This document shows, piece after piece, positions 46,651-57,204 of a DNA stretch of 64,000 nt. The DNA is from a bacterium (lineage in GTDB: Bacteria > Planctomycetota > UBA8108 > UBA1146): the NCBI GenBank assembly GCA_029976805.1, contig JAPOLY010000005.1:1353-65352 (forward strand), in the 5' to 3' direction. The notes under the pieces are model-generated. The model had not been told where the DNA came from and did not search any database. It saw only the letters and a list, made by a program, of their open reading frames with translations. The position numbers and the translations under genes were made by a program. The stretch's first letter is position 1. Each line of letters opens with the position of its first letter.

Positions 46651-48747
46651 ATGAACCGTTGGCTACTGCTGGCGCTGATCCTGATCGTCGGTTCGGTGCA
46701 AAACCAGGCCTCGGCACAGGTGTTCTGTGATCCTGCCAATCCGACTTACGGAACCTGCTTTCTGCAGACAGGAACATTCAGCGGTGACCTTCCCTTTGCG
46801 GTGACCCTGATCCCTGCCACCAACGATCTTTACGTGGCGGATTATCTCAGTGGTGTTTTCTACCGCTACGACGCTCTTGACCTCGCCGCAGCGGCAGAAA
46901 ACTTGGCCTGCCCCAAAGGCCCTGCCACCTACCTCGGGATGGCTTTTTCTGTTCTCGACAACAACCTTTACTGGATCGTCAATGATCAGGGAAGCCTGCT
47001 GCTGGTGGTCTCCAGCCTTGGAGGAAGCTTCATCTCTGAAACCGAGTTGACTCCTCCTTCCGGAACGACCGCCCTCTCGGGACTGACCTGGTTCCCGTCA
47101 ACAAATACTCTTTGGACCAATGACTTTGAAAATGATCAGTACCTCGAGATGAACATGGACGGTTCCTTCACCGGAAACTCCTTCGGAAACCCCCAATCCT
47201 CGGGAGCTGCAGGCGCCTTTGGACTGGGACTTTCGGTCGCTCAGGACATCCTTACTTTTGAGTTCTTCTTTGACCTCCCGGTCGGCCCACCTTCTGCAAA
47301 CCGCACAAGCCTGGTCGAGCGTGTCAATTCGAACGGTGAATCCCAGGGCCTCTCATTCCCGCTGGCCAGCATCAATAACCTGAGTGGCTGGATCACCGGA
47401 ATCGCCTGGGCTCCCCAGGGTTCTGCTGCGGAATCCCCCAGTAACTTCCTCCTCGATCTCACCAATCGGGTGATCGTCGAGGTTCCGGTTCCCAACCCGC
47501 CCGCCCCTTCCATAACCTCTGTCGATTGCACCGCTGACAGCTCCAACGATGTCACTCTCAGCTGGACCAATCCCCTCGCCTACGATCAGGTTGAGATCTT
47601 CAGGGACGGAACCCTGATCTCCACCCTCGGCCCTGGAGGCGATACGTTCCTGGACGAGGATCTCGAGCCGGGGAGCTACAGTTACGAAGTCGTTCCCTTC
47701 CCTGCAGGAGCCAGTTCCGGATTGCCTGCCGCAACATGTGAGCTGGTAGTCGGGTTCGGCAGGCTTCTGGGAGAGGTGGCTCACTCCGGAACTGCACCGG
47801 GTGGCGCAGACGTCATCGAATCAACGAATCAGTTGATCGTTGCCGATTCCAGTGGACTGACCGCATGGTTCTACCAGAAAGACCTCACCCCTCTCTCCAC
47901 CAGCATCCCGGGCCCTTACAGCAGTGCCCAATCCCTCGCTGGTATCGCCGCCGATGGCGACGACAATTTGGCTTGGCTGACGGAGAGCGGAGATCTGAGA
48001 ATCACCGACTTGAGTGGAACCGAAACAGCGGCATTCGCTCTGGCCCTGAACCCCGGCGCCGTTTTGGGTGGCCTGACCTGGTCTGCTCAGATGGAAAGCT
48101 GGCTGACAGTCAACCTTGCTGAGGGTCTGATCCTGAAAATCAATACCGACGGTACTCTCGAAGAAGTCCCCGCTGCACTTCCCACAGGAATGTCTGCGGC
48201 CTCCTTCTTCGGCGGAATCGCCTCCCGTGCAGGTTCCACCAATGTCTATGATCTGGCATTCGGAGCCCTCAACAGTGGCGGTGTCACTCGCCTCGAAAGA
48301 TTCGTGGGGAATACCCCGGTCGGACTGGGATTCGATCTCACGCCCAGCGTCAACTCCGGAGATATTCGTGGGCTCGCAGCCACTGCGAACGGGCCCTTCA
48401 ACTTCCCGGTGACCTACGTGGTCGGTCGCGACTCTGGAACCATCACCATGCTCTCTGGAGATCTCAGTGGTACCGGATCAGACTTCGTTCGCGGGGACGC
48501 GGTGGCAGATGGATCCCTGAACCTTCTCGATGCCACCGAAATGCTGCTTCAACTTTTCCAGTTACAGGACAGCCTTTGCCTCGATTCACTCGACGCCAAT
48601 GACGATGGAGCTTTCAACATTGCGGATCCCCTGCTCCTGCTGGACTACCTTTTCTCCGGCGGCACTCCGATTTCCGATCCTTCGGGAGTGTGTGGAGAAG
48701 ATCCGACGGTCGACAATCTGACCTGCCAGGAGTTCCCCGGCTGCTAA
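46651..48747 (+). CDS. Secreted protein: two beta-propeller-like halves around one FN3-like module, with dockerin-like C-terminus
   Basis: Signal peptide MNRWLLLALILIVG...ASA-Q. Duplicated GLTW motifs. VTLSWTN..YDQVEIFRDG module. C-terminus FVRGDAVADGSLNLLD...DANDDGAFNIADP. Confidence 0.85.
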   Translation: MNRWLLLALILIVGSVQNQASAQVFCDPANPTYGTCFLQTGTFSGDLPFAVTLIPATNDLYVADYLSGVFYRYDALDLAAAAENLACPKGPATYLGMAFSVLDNNLYWIVNDQGSLLLVVSSLGGSFISETELTPPSGTTALSGLTWFPSTNTLWTNDFENDQYLEMNMDGSFTGNSFGNPQSSGAAGAFGLGLSVAQDILTFEFFFDLPVGPPSANRTSLVERVNSNGESQGLSFPLASINNLSGWITGIAWAPQGSAAESPSNFLLDLTNRVIVEVPVPNPPAPSITSVDCTADSSNDVTLSWTNPLAYDQVEIFRDGTLISTLGPGGDTFLDEDLEPGSYSYEVVPFPAGASSGLPAATCELVVGFGRLLGEVAHSGTAPGGADVIESTNQLIVADSSGLTAWFYQKDLTPLSTSIPGPYSSAQSLAGIAADGDDNLAWLTESGDLRITDLSGTETAAFALALNPGAVLGGLTWSAQMESWLTVNLAEGLILKINTDGTLEEVPAALPTGMSAASFFGGIASRAGSTNVYDLAFGALNSGGVTRLERFVGNTPVGLGFDLTPSVNSGDIRGLAATANGPFNFPVTYVVGRDSGTITMLSGDLSGTGSDFVRGDAVADGSLNLLDATEMLLQLFQLQDSLCLDSLDANDDGAFNIADPLLLLDYLFSGGTPISDPSGVCGEDPTVDNLTCQEFPGC

Positions 48748-48764
48748 TATTGCGATCGCTGACG

Positions 48765-48806
48765 AAAAAAGCCCCTCTCCGGGTCACCGGAGAGGGGCTT
48801 TTTTTT
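48765..48806. terminator. Bidirectional intrinsic terminator
   Basis: A6-GCCCCTCTCCGG-GTCA-CCGGAGAGGGGC-T8. Confidence 0.92.
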
Positions 48807-48820
48807 GGGCTCTTTCCCCC

Positions 48821-49837
48821 TCAGGGAAGAAGCGATTCGACCAGCAAGGGAAGTGAAACATCATAGCGATACTGGATCGAGGAATGATCGTCATCAAACT
48901 CCTCATACCGATGATCGATCCCATGATTCTCCAACCTTGAGGCCATGATTCTGGCTCCATGGTGCAAGCGATATTGATCACGGAAACCGCAGTCCAGGTA
49001 CAACAGGTTCAGGGATTTCAGGGACTCTGCATGTCGGGAGACCATCTCTACCGGATCCCACCGAAGCCAGTTCTGCCAGCGTTTTTCGATCAACTCTCCG
49101 GTCTTCGGATCAAAGGGCAGCTGGATTCGTTCCGGGTTATCCGTATCAGGGTCATAGAATGCACAGAGAGCCAAGGTCATCAGCGTCATGATGTCACTGC
49201 CACGATACTTGACCTTTCCGCTGATCTTTTTGAGGAACGCTGCGGGGTCACCATCAAATCGTCTCAAGGTATCGACGGCCGGGGGAAAATCGGGCACACA
49301 TGCATAGGGAAAATAAAGATCCCCACTATGGCAGGCGATGCTCCCCCAAACGTCTGCATGCATCATCCCATGGACCAGTGCGCCGTAGCCTCCCGAAGAA
49401 AATCCGAAGAGCCCCCGGTGGTTGCGTCCAGGGAGAGTACGGAAATGCTGATCAATCCACGGAACCAATTCTTGCGTCAGGTAACTCGCCCACGGGCCCA
49501 CTGCCGGGGAGTCGATGTATTGGTTTCCACCCAGAGCAGTAAATCCATCAGGCATGACGACGATCGCTGGTTTCATTTCACCAGTACCCACAAGTCGATC
49601 GAGACGCTCCGGAAGGTTTTCGTTGAAGCCGTCCCAATTGAGCGATTTCAGACCACTGGAAGTATAGGCAGCAAGATAAACCAGAACCGGATAACGATCC
49701 GGCGTCTCCCCGTATCCCGGAGGAGTCCAGACGGCGACTTTTCGGTCACAAGAATCGCCCCGTGGATTGTTCGACAGCAATTCTGAGTGATGCTCCCTCA
49801 CTTCAACACTTCCGCGTTGCCCATCATATTTGAGCAC
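48821..49837 (-). CDS. Putative esterase (alpha/beta hydrolase, Fes-like)
   Basis: Motifs VWTPPGY, YPVLVYL, nucleophile GFSSGG, DCG..D and FDDDH. Confidence 0.85.
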   Translation of the reverse strand: MLKYDGQRGSVEVREHHSELLSNNPRGDSCDRKVAVWTPPGYGETPDRYPVLVYLAAYTSSGLKSLNWDGFNENLPERLDRLVGTGEMKPAIVVMPDGFTALGGNQYIDSPAVGPWASYLTQELVPWIDQHFRTLPGRNHRGLFGFSSGGYGALVHGMMHADVWGSIACHSGDLYFPYACVPDFPPAVDTLRRFDGDPAAFLKKISGKVKYRGSDIMTLMTLALCAFYDPDTDNPERIQLPFDPKTGELIEKRWQNWLRWDPVEMVSRHAESLKSLNLLYLDCGFRDQYRLHHGARIMASRLENHGIDHRYEEFDDDHSSIQYRYDVSLPLLVESLLP

Positions 49838-49990
49838 TTCACCCGTCCTTTCCGAATGTGTGTCTGGCCTGACGGCCCCGAGGGGTTAGAATCTCTCTTC
49901 TGCCCCCCGGGGGCAAGCCTGTGGGTTTTCGTCTTTGAGGCGGGCCTGCCACCACCTGTTCCTGAACATGAGGAAGGGATCCCTGAGATC

Positions 49991-51712
49991 ATGAGCGAAA
50001 CTGCCTATCCAAGAGAATTTCTGGCTGCCGAATTTGCAGCAGACAGCATCGAGTCCATCGAAGCAGCCTACCAACAGCTTCTTGACCGGGACATCTCGAC
50101 CCGCGAAGCCCTGGAGCAGTGGTGCCGGGACTGGAGTGAACTCGACTCCTGCGTTGCCGAAGAGAGCTCCAGACGATACGTGAAAAACACCTGCTTCACC
50201 GACGATCCGGAGGTGAAGGCCCGATTCATGGAGTGGCTCAAGGACATCTCACCCAGCCTGAAAAAAATCAGCTTTGAGATGGATCGCAAGTTTATGGCCT
50301 CTCCCGCGATCAGCGAACTCGACAGCGAAGAGTTCGGAATGTGGATCCGATCGGTCAAAAACAGTGTCGAACTCTTTCGGGAAGAAAACATCCCGTTGCA
50401 GACCGAGGAAAAAGAACTCGACGCAAAATATGATGAAGTGATCGGTGCAATGACCATCGATTTTGACGGAGAAACCCGAACTTTGCCTTACATGGGCCGG
50501 ATTCTCGAAGAAACCGATCGCGATCGCAGAGAGCAGGCATTCCGGGCCGTCAACGAGCGCATTCTCCAGGACGAAGAACAGATCCAGACCATCTTCGATC
50601 GCCAACTGGAGTTGCGCCACCAGATGGCTCTCAACTGCGGTATGGACAACTACCGGACCCTGCGATTCCGCCAACTGGAGCGCTTCGATTATGGACCGGA
50701 AGAGTGCCTCCAGTTTCACGATTCCATCGAAAAAGTCGTACTTCCATTGATCCGGGAGAGAACTGAGCGTCGCCGTGAGCAAATGGGTCTCGACAAACTT
50801 CGCCCGTGGGACAGTGCCGTTGACCCGCTTGGCCGCTCTCCCCTTCGTCCGCTGGAGAAGGGGACAGAGTTGATCGACGGGTGCCGTCAGGTCTTCGGCA
50901 AGGTCCACCCTGACCTCGAGGGAATGTTCAACATTCTCATCGATGGTGACCTGCTCGATTTGGACTCCCGCAAGGGCAAGGCACCGGGTGGTTATCAGGC
51001 CTGTTTCCATGAGATCCGCAAGCCCTTCATCTTCATGAATGCAGCCGGCAAACAGGGAGATGTGGAAACATTGCTCCACGAGGGAGGGCATGCCTTCCAT
51101 TCAATTGAGGCCCGCGACCACTCCCTGATCGCCAATCGCAGTGCCCCCATCGAATATTGTGAAGTCGCTTCGATGGCGATGGAGTTGCTGGGTGCTCCCC
51201 ACCTCAATGTTTTCTATGGTGACGGAGACGAAGTAACCCGAGCCCGTATCGATCATCTGGAAGGCATCATTAGTCTGTTCCCCTGGGTGGCGATGATCGA
51301 CTCCTTCCAGCACTGGCTCTACACCCATCCGGGCCACAGCCGGGACGAGCGTCGTAAAACCTGGTTGGGAATCATGGATCGCTTCGGAACAGGTCAGATC
51401 GACTGGACCGGTCTGGAAGAGATCCGCGCCCACCGCTGGATGCGACAGTCCCACCTCTTCGGGGTCCCCTTCTATTATGTCGAATACGCCATCGCCCAGT
51501 TGGGTGCATTGCAAGTCTGGAGAAATCATCGGAACGATGCAGACGAAGCGATTCGTCTCTATCGTAATGGCCTCTCCAAAGGCAACACTGTGACTCTTCC
51601 CCAACTCTATGAGGAGACGGGGATCCGTTTTGACTTCTCCTTTGAGAATCTGTCGGACCTGATTGGAATGGTCCGCGAAGAAATTGAAAATCTGGAAGGC
51701 GCAGGAGTCTAG
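49991..51712 (+). CDS. M3-family oligoendopeptidase
   Basis: Motifs RKGKAPGGY, HEGGH zinc motif, EVASMAME and HLF.VPFYYVEY. Confidence 0.93.
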   Translation: MSETAYPREFLAAEFAADSIESIEAAYQQLLDRDISTREALEQWCRDWSELDSCVAEESSRRYVKNTCFTDDPEVKARFMEWLKDISPSLKKISFEMDRKFMASPAISELDSEEFGMWIRSVKNSVELFREENIPLQTEEKELDAKYDEVIGAMTIDFDGETRTLPYMGRILEETDRDRREQAFRAVNERILQDEEQIQTIFDRQLELRHQMALNCGMDNYRTLRFRQLERFDYGPEECLQFHDSIEKVVLPLIRERTERRREQMGLDKLRPWDSAVDPLGRSPLRPLEKGTELIDGCRQVFGKVHPDLEGMFNILIDGDLLDLDSRKGKAPGGYQACFHEIRKPFIFMNAAGKQGDVETLLHEGGHAFHSIEARDHSLIANRSAPIEYCEVASMAMELLGAPHLNVFYGDGDEVTRARIDHLEGIISLFPWVAMIDSFQHWLYTHPGHSRDERRKTWLGIMDRFGTGQIDWTGLEEIRAHRWMRQSHLFGVPFYYVEYAIAQLGALQVWRNHRNDADEAIRLYRNGLSKGNTVTLPQLYEETGIRFDFSFENLSDLIGMVREEIENLEGAGV

Positions 51713-51756
51713 TCAGACCTGCGCCCATGATTCGGAACTGAAGAAATGAGGTCTTC

Positions 51757-52512
51757 ATGAAACAGGTGTCGCTCAATCGCTTCACCCTTCTCCTGCCAGC
51801 ATTGTTGGCAGTGCTGATTCCCCTTCTCGCCCAAGGGGACGAGCCCGCAGGCGAAAAGAAAATGCAGAAAATGGACTCTGCCGTGGCCCAGGTCGCCAAG
51901 TTCATTGACAAGAACATCGCTGATAAAAAGATCAACAAGGAGGTCGCCGGCTGGAAAAGTCGACTTCCCAAGTTCCCTACTGTGGAATTCACTCCAGGAG
52001 CCACTTACGTCTGGAAGCTGAAGACCAACAAGGGGGACATCGAAGTCGCCTTCATGCCGGATGTGGCCCCCAATCATGTGGCCAATTTCCTCTACCTCAC
52101 CCAATTGGGGTTCTTTGACGGCCTTAAATTCCATCGGGTCATCACCGGCTTCATGGCTCAGGGTGGTTGCCCACAAGGCTCCGGAAGAGGAGATCCCGGT
52201 TACCGTTTCATGGGGGAGTACTCTCCGAGTGTCAAACACACCACCAAGGGATTGCTCTCTATGGCCAATGCCGGTGCGGGAACCGACGGCAGTCAGTTCT
52301 TCCTGACCTTTGTTCCTACCCCCTGGCTGGACAACAAGCACACCATCTTCGGAAAAATGAGATCAGGTGACGAAACCCTCAAAAAGCTGGAGGCCGCAGG
52401 CAGCCGCGGAGGCCGCCCGTCCGAAGAGTTGAAAATTATCAAGGCGTCCATCGCTGTTGAGCCCGCAAAGGCTCCGGTGAAAAAGGAAACCCCCAAGAAA
52501 GAAGGAAGTTGA
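51757..52512 (+). CDS. Cyclophilin-type peptidyl-prolyl isomerase with signal peptide
   Basis: Motifs [25 protein letters not shown] and [11 protein letters not shown]-terminal signal peptide. Confidence 0.92.
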   Translation: MKQVSLNRFTLLLPALLAVLIPLLAQGDEPAGEKKMQKMDSAVAQVAKFIDKNIADKKINKEVAGWKSRLPKFPTVEFTPGATYVWKLKTNKGDIEVAFMPDVAPNHVANFLYLTQLGFFDGLKFHRVITGFMAQGGCPQGSGRGDPGYRFMGEYSPSVKHTTKGLLSMANAGAGTDGSQFFLTFVPTPWLDNKHTIFGKMRSGDETLKKLEAAGSRGGRPSEELKIIKASIAVEPAKAPVKKETPKKEGS

Positions 52513-52513
52513 A

Positions 52514-53098
52514 GTGAGCACTTCTGAAAAAAATATCATGGCGATGCGTGAAGCCATCGAAACCATGAACATCGATACCGGATCTGACGGCTGGAAAACT
52601 TCTCTACCGATGTTTCCTGAAGTCGAAATCGACGCGGACGCTGAGATCTTCTGGGTTCTGGAAACCAATCATGGCAATTTGAAAATCCGCCTGATGCCGG
52701 ACGTTGCCCCCAATCACGTACGCAATGTGATGTACCTCACCGAATTGGGATTCTACGACGACCTGACCTTTCACCGGGTGATCACCGGTTTCATGGCTCA
52801 GGGTGGCTGCCCGGAGGGCACCGGAATGGGTGGTCCCGGCTATCGTTTTGCCGGAGAGTTCTCCCCCAATGCCCGTCACGATCGTCGCGGATTGCTGTCG
52901 ATGGCCAATGCCGGTCCGAATACCGACGGAAGCCAGTTCTTCATTACCTTCACCCCCACTCCGCATCTGGATGACAACCACACCATCTACGGAGAAGTGG
53001 TCGAAGGTCATCCCACTTTGGAAGCCCTCGAAGGTCGGGGTTCTGGACACGGCGGAACCAGTGAGCCTCTGCTGATGGTCAAGGCCAGCATTCAGTAA
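52514..53098 (+). CDS. Cyclophilin-type peptidyl-prolyl isomerase, no signal peptide
   Basis: Motifs [29 protein letters not shown] and [10 protein letters not shown]. Confidence 0.92.
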   Translation: MSTSEKNIMAMREAIETMNIDTGSDGWKTSLPMFPEVEIDADAEIFWVLETNHGNLKIRLMPDVAPNHVRNVMYLTELGFYDDLTFHRVITGFMAQGGCPEGTGMGGPGYRFAGEFSPNARHDRRGLLSMANAGPNTDGSQFFITFTPTPHLDDNHTIYGEVVEGHPTLEALEGRGSGHGGTSEPLLMVKASIQ

Positions 53099-53120
53099 TG
53101 AATCCGAACCTTGCCTGAAG

Positions 53121-53158
53121 AAAGAGCCCGTTTTCCCATAGGAAAACGGGCTCTTTTT
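53121..53158. terminator. Intrinsic terminator between convergent genes
   Basis: AAAGAGCCCGTTTTCC / GGAAAACGGGCTCTTT. Confidence 0.9.
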
Positions 53159-53186
53159 ATTTCAACATCACCGACGGGTCTGCCCC

Positions 53187-53807
53187 TCAGTTCATACGAT
53201 CATCATGTGGTAATTGGCTCCAGACTCGAAGGTTCGAATCACTGGACTGATTCAACAGACGATTCCAAAGATCGTCCCGAGCTCCAGACAGCAGGTCGTC
53301 TCCGCTGGTCCGAATCATGACCCAGACCGATTCCAATAACTCCGACTCAAGTTGCCCTGCTTCCCACCCTGAATAGCCACGGAAGAAGTGAAGCCTGTCT
53401 TCAGAAATGTGCTGAGCCGATACCGCTTCCACCGTTTCCTCAAAGTCAGAAGGCTGGTGTACCCCGGGTAATAACTCCCTGCCGTCTGGCAGAACAATTT
53501 CAGTCGTTGAAGATCCAGAAGTATCAATCAGACAAAAAGCCTGATCTGTTCCCACAGGCCCCCCCGTCAGAAAGTGACTTTTCAGTTCCGATCCGCTGAT
53601 CAACTTCGACATCATCGAACGGTGATCTTCAGGAACAGGGTGGTTGAGGACCAGGCCCGAAGTTCCCAGTCCTTCCTCATGATCGGTGAGCAGAATGACC
53701 GTGCGATAGAAATTGGGGTCCATTGGAATCATGGGCGAAGCAATCAGGCAGTTTCCCGGTTCAATCTGATCACAAACCTTCACCATTTTGACTCCCGTTA
53801 CCATCAA
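53187..53807 (-). CDS. YqgE/AlgH (UPF0301) family protein
   Basis: Motifs LIASP..DPNF.RTVIL, GLVLN, GGPV and GYSGWEAGQLESEL...W. Confidence 0.9.
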   Translation of the reverse strand: MMVTGVKMVKVCDQIEPGNCLIASPMIPMDPNFYRTVILLTDHEEGLGTSGLVLNHPVPEDHRSMMSKLISGSELKSHFLTGGPVGTDQAFCLIDTSGSSTTEIVLPDGRELLPGVHQPSDFEETVEAVSAQHISEDRLHFFRGYSGWEAGQLESELLESVWVMIRTSGDDLLSGARDDLWNRLLNQSSDSNLRVWSQLPHDDRMN

Positions 53808-53832
53808 GGCCCCGAATCCATGACACTTTACA

Positions 53833-54519
53833 TCATGGAGACAACATCTCTTCCTGTAACCGGTATCGCAATCCCACCAGCGAGATCAAATCGCGGCGAT
53901 TATGCAGGTAGATCGGCTCGATCACCTCAAAGGGGGCTCCTTCCCGCAAGTCCTGAAATCGCAAGGGAGCCTCGGATCCTGGAACATCCGCTTCGCACCG
54001 GGGTAACCCCAGTAATCGCTCTTCCGCTGTAACAAGACGACAATCGGGCCACGTGCGACGATACTTTTTCCTGACCAGTGGTAGCAGGTCCCTCGAAATC
54101 AATGGGCATTCAGAATCCAGCTGATGCCACTTCCAGCGTTGACAAAGAAATGGAAGATCAAAACCATCTCCGTTGTAGGTCACGATTTCGCGAAACTCCG
54201 CCATTTTATCTCGCAAGCGTTTCAACTGCCGACGCTCACTGGCTGCATCACCGGCATACCATTGGGACAGGTGCAGAACCGTTCCTTTCCGGTAGAGAAA
54301 TCCGATCATGGCGGCCAAAGAACGTGACGCTCTCAAACCCGTTGTCTCCAGATCGAGAAACATGACATCCTCGGGGGTTTGATTCAGAACTTCAGGTGAT
54401 ACGACCCCCTCCAGATCGACTTCCACATCTTCAGGAATCGTTGGCGAAAAAAAATGAGTGTTTTTTTTGGGCTGGAGCTTTTGAATCACCCGTCGGAGCC
54501 TCTGCTTCCCCTGTTTCAT
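53833..54519 (-). CDS. RNase H-like (DEDDh) exonuclease, YprB/MrfB-like
   Basis: Motifs FLDLETTGL, TYNG..FDLPF, DVPG and HNRRD. Overlaps the helicase stop codon. Confidence 0.85.
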   Translation of the reverse strand: MKQGKQRLRRVIQKLQPKKNTHFFSPTIPEDVEVDLEGVVSPEVLNQTPEDVMFLDLETTGLRASRSLAAMIGFLYRKGTVLHLSQWYAGDAASERRQLKRLRDKMAEFREIVTYNGDGFDLPFLCQRWKWHQLDSECPLISRDLLPLVRKKYRRTWPDCRLVTAEERLLGLPRCEADVPGSEAPLRFQDLREGAPFEVIEPIYLHNRRDLISLVGLRYRLQEEMLSP

Positions 54520-57029
54520 CCGCGATTCCCCCGTGACGTCAATCGTGCCACCTTTCGTATCTTGCGTTCCACCCGTTCATCCAATGCTGGTGCAGGAGGT
54601 TTGAGAGGAGACTCTACAGGTGCGGGTACTCCATGGAGTTCAGGTTTATAGGGCTCCAATCCCAACAACCGATGCAACAGCCAGCGTGTTGCCTCCTTCG
54701 GGTAGGGATACTCCATCACTTCCGATTCGAGAGAAGATTCGATTCGCGACGCTCCTGGCAAAACACAGGAAGGACAACCCGCCACACAGGGGCATTCGAC
54801 TACCGCTTCGAGAACATCTTTGAGGATTTCCCCATGTTGTTCATGACCAAGCTCTGAATAGCCGATTCCGCCCGGATAAAGATCAAAGATATGGATCAGA
54901 TTGTCGTCGACATGATGATCGATATCCCCAGGGTCACACATTGCCCGAATGGCCAACAAATCCCTGAACAGACGGGCAACACCGTGCATTCCGGACCGCA
55001 GGAAACCGGGGCCATGCTCTTCCGATTGCATGACGGTCTCCCTGTCCAGCGAGATTTCATGACTGACCGTATCCAGCTCGAGGGGAGGGAGATGGACTTC
55101 ACCGTATCCAATGTTCTCCGTCGAATGAAAGCGGACCTTTTTATAGCCGGTCAACCTCGTTCGGATCTCCACTTCTGCCAGACGAATACGCGCTCCACAG
55201 ACTTCACGGGTATCCCATTCCTCTGTGACAGTGACCCGTTTCTGGGTCAGTACTTGAGTATAGTAACCGGTCTTCGTTCTGCGGATCTTGACCAGACAGT
55301 TCACATGATCCATCTCCTCAACGATAAATGTCTCTGTTCGATGAATGTAGATAGCACCTTCATAGAGGCTCAACATCGCTGCGACATAATCAAGTTCTCC
55401 GACGATGTTGTCAGGGCCGAGTTCAAGGATTGTGAAGTTCTCTTCACTTGCGGTGCGCAACTTGACCTGTGTCGCAGGATACTCCTCCCGGGCGAGATAC
55501 CAGGCTCCCCCTTCCTCCCGCAGGCGTTTCTCCTCCTGCAAGACGGTACACATGGCGGTCACACCGGGGCCAAGAAGATCATCATCCGCTGAGGTCAGTG
55601 GCAACTCATAGGCTGCACAAATCAAATGTCGCGCCACGATGTAGGGGTTGTCTGTTTCAATCACTGCGTTTTCTGGCGAGCTCCCGAACAGACTCTCCGG
55701 ATGACGAACAAACCACTGATCGATGGGGTCATTGCCCGCAATCATGAAGACCAGTGATTCCCCATGTCGGCGTCCTGCTCTGCCCGCCTGCTGCATGAAC
55801 GAACAGACACTCCCCGGCCAACCGACGATGATGCAACCATCGAGTCCGCCTACGTCGATTCCCACTTCCAGTGCACTGGTTGAAACCACACCGCCCAATT
55901 CTCCATCGAACAGCGAAGACTCAATTCGACGTCTTTCCGTCGGCAGGTAACCAGCACGGTAAGGTTCAATCTTGCTGGCAACTTCCTCACGATCACTGGC
56001 TCCACGCGCCCTCTCGCGTATATAGCGCAAGATCAGTTCCACATTGTTGCGGGTGCGGGCAAAACAGATGGTTCTCAATCCCCGCCGAACCAGTTCCGGC
56101 AATAGTCTGACCGCCACCGAGGTGGGCCCCCTCCGGGTCAGGGTTCCATCGGTGCGCTCAACCACGGGTGGATTCCATAACACCACCTCCTTGTGACCGC
56201 GGGGTGAACCATCGTCTTCAATGACGCTGACATCCCGGCCGATCAGTCGCCCGACATGCTCTCCCGGATTGCGAATCGTCGCACTCGCAGCGATGAAGAC
56301 CGGGTCGGAACCGTGGTGCCGACAGATTCGCCGCAACCTTCGGATCACAGAGGAAACGTGGGACCCGAAGATGCCACGCAAGGTATGCACTTCATCGAGA
56401 ACGACATAGCGCAAGTTGGCAAAGAGCGCCCCCCATCCCCCATGGTTGGGAAGAATGGAAGCGTGCAACATATCCGGGTTGGTCAGAATAATCCGACCGG
56501 AACGGCGCAATCGACGACGCATTGTGGGCTCCGTGTCGCCATCGTAGATCCCGGTCTCCAATTGCAGACCCATCCCATCGATGACTCCACGCAAATGTCG
56601 ATGCTGATCCTGGGAGAGCGCCTTGGTCGGATAGAGCAACAATGCATGCGCTCCCGGATCACGGACCATCGCATCGATCACCGGCAACGTACAACACAGG
56701 GTTTTGCCACTGGCAGTCGACGAGGCAATCACCACATCTTCGCCGGCAAGAGTTCGGGAGATGGATTGGGCTTGATGCCGATACAGGGGCCAGGTACCGG
56801 ATTTCTGCAAATGTTCAAGAATGCGTGAATCCAGTGGAGGGGCCTCCTCCGCAGGAACCGCATCCCGGGCTGGCAAGGTCTGCCGCGCCACCAACTCTTC
56901 AGCGGAACCCAATCGGGCTTCCACATCCGACAACACTTCGAGAGGAGTGGGTGCCTCATGAAGGGCCGAGTCATGAAGAGGATTTCTGAGGGGTTTTCGG
57001 AGTGGATTTCTTCGGGGTCTGGTTTCCAA
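54516..57029 (-). CDS. DEAD/DEAH-box helicase with DUF1998 (MrfA/YprA/Hrq1-like)
   Basis: Motifs TASGKT, YPTKALSQDQ, TNPDMLH, DEVH, SAT and QQAGRAGR. C-terminal PGGIG and CPCVAGCPSC. Confidence 0.92.
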   Translation of the reverse strand: METRPRRNPLRKPLRNPLHDSALHEAPTPLEVLSDVEARLGSAEELVARQTLPARDAVPAEEAPPLDSRILEHLQKSGTWPLYRHQAQSISRTLAGEDVVIASSTASGKTLCCTLPVIDAMVRDPGAHALLLYPTKALSQDQHRHLRGVIDGMGLQLETGIYDGDTEPTMRRRLRRSGRIILTNPDMLHASILPNHGGWGALFANLRYVVLDEVHTLRGIFGSHVSSVIRRLRRICRHHGSDPVFIAASATIRNPGEHVGRLIGRDVSVIEDDGSPRGHKEVVLWNPPVVERTDGTLTRRGPTSVAVRLLPELVRRGLRTICFARTRNNVELILRYIRERARGASDREEVASKIEPYRAGYLPTERRRIESSLFDGELGGVVSTSALEVGIDVGGLDGCIIVGWPGSVCSFMQQAGRAGRRHGESLVFMIAGNDPIDQWFVRHPESLFGSSPENAVIETDNPYIVARHLICAAYELPLTSADDDLLGPGVTAMCTVLQEEKRLREEGGAWYLAREEYPATQVKLRTASEENFTILELGPDNIVGELDYVAAMLSLYEGAIYIHRTETFIVEEMDHVNCLVKIRRTKTGYYTQVLTQKRVTVTEEWDTREVCGARIRLAEVEIRTRLTGYKKVRFHSTENIGYGEVHLPPLELDTVSHEISLDRETVMQSEEHGPGFLRSGMHGVARLFRDLLAIRAMCDPGDIDHHVDDNLIHIFDLYPGGIGYSELGHEQHGEILKDVLEAVVECPCVAGCPSCVLPGASRIESSLESEVMEYPYPKEATRWLLHRLLGLEPYKPELHGVPAPVESPLKPPAPALDERVERKIRKVARLTSRGNRG

Positions 57030-57204
57030 ATCAGCTCTCTTTCAATCAGATACGGCGGCAACGACGTCGACCGGGGACCCTAACATAACCCTAACAAAAG
57101 TTCCAGATCCCCCTGAAACGCCTCCCTGAGGTTGTGTTTGGTAAATCTTTGCTGTTCCGGTATCGTGATCCACAGGGGACCGCACCGCTGGAAATTGGGG
57201 AATC

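Noticed and set aside
56975..57010. Short NPLR/KPLR/NPLH repeat at the helicase N-terminus
   Set aside because: It is a small 12-bp slippage repeat in a probably disordered leader, with no evidence of function.
53833..57029. DISARM or other defence system suggested by the DUF1998 helicase
   Set aside because: There is no DrmA, methyltransferase or PLD nuclease nearby. The helicase plus RNase H-like exonuclease fits the known MrfA/MrfB (YprA/YprB) repair pair.
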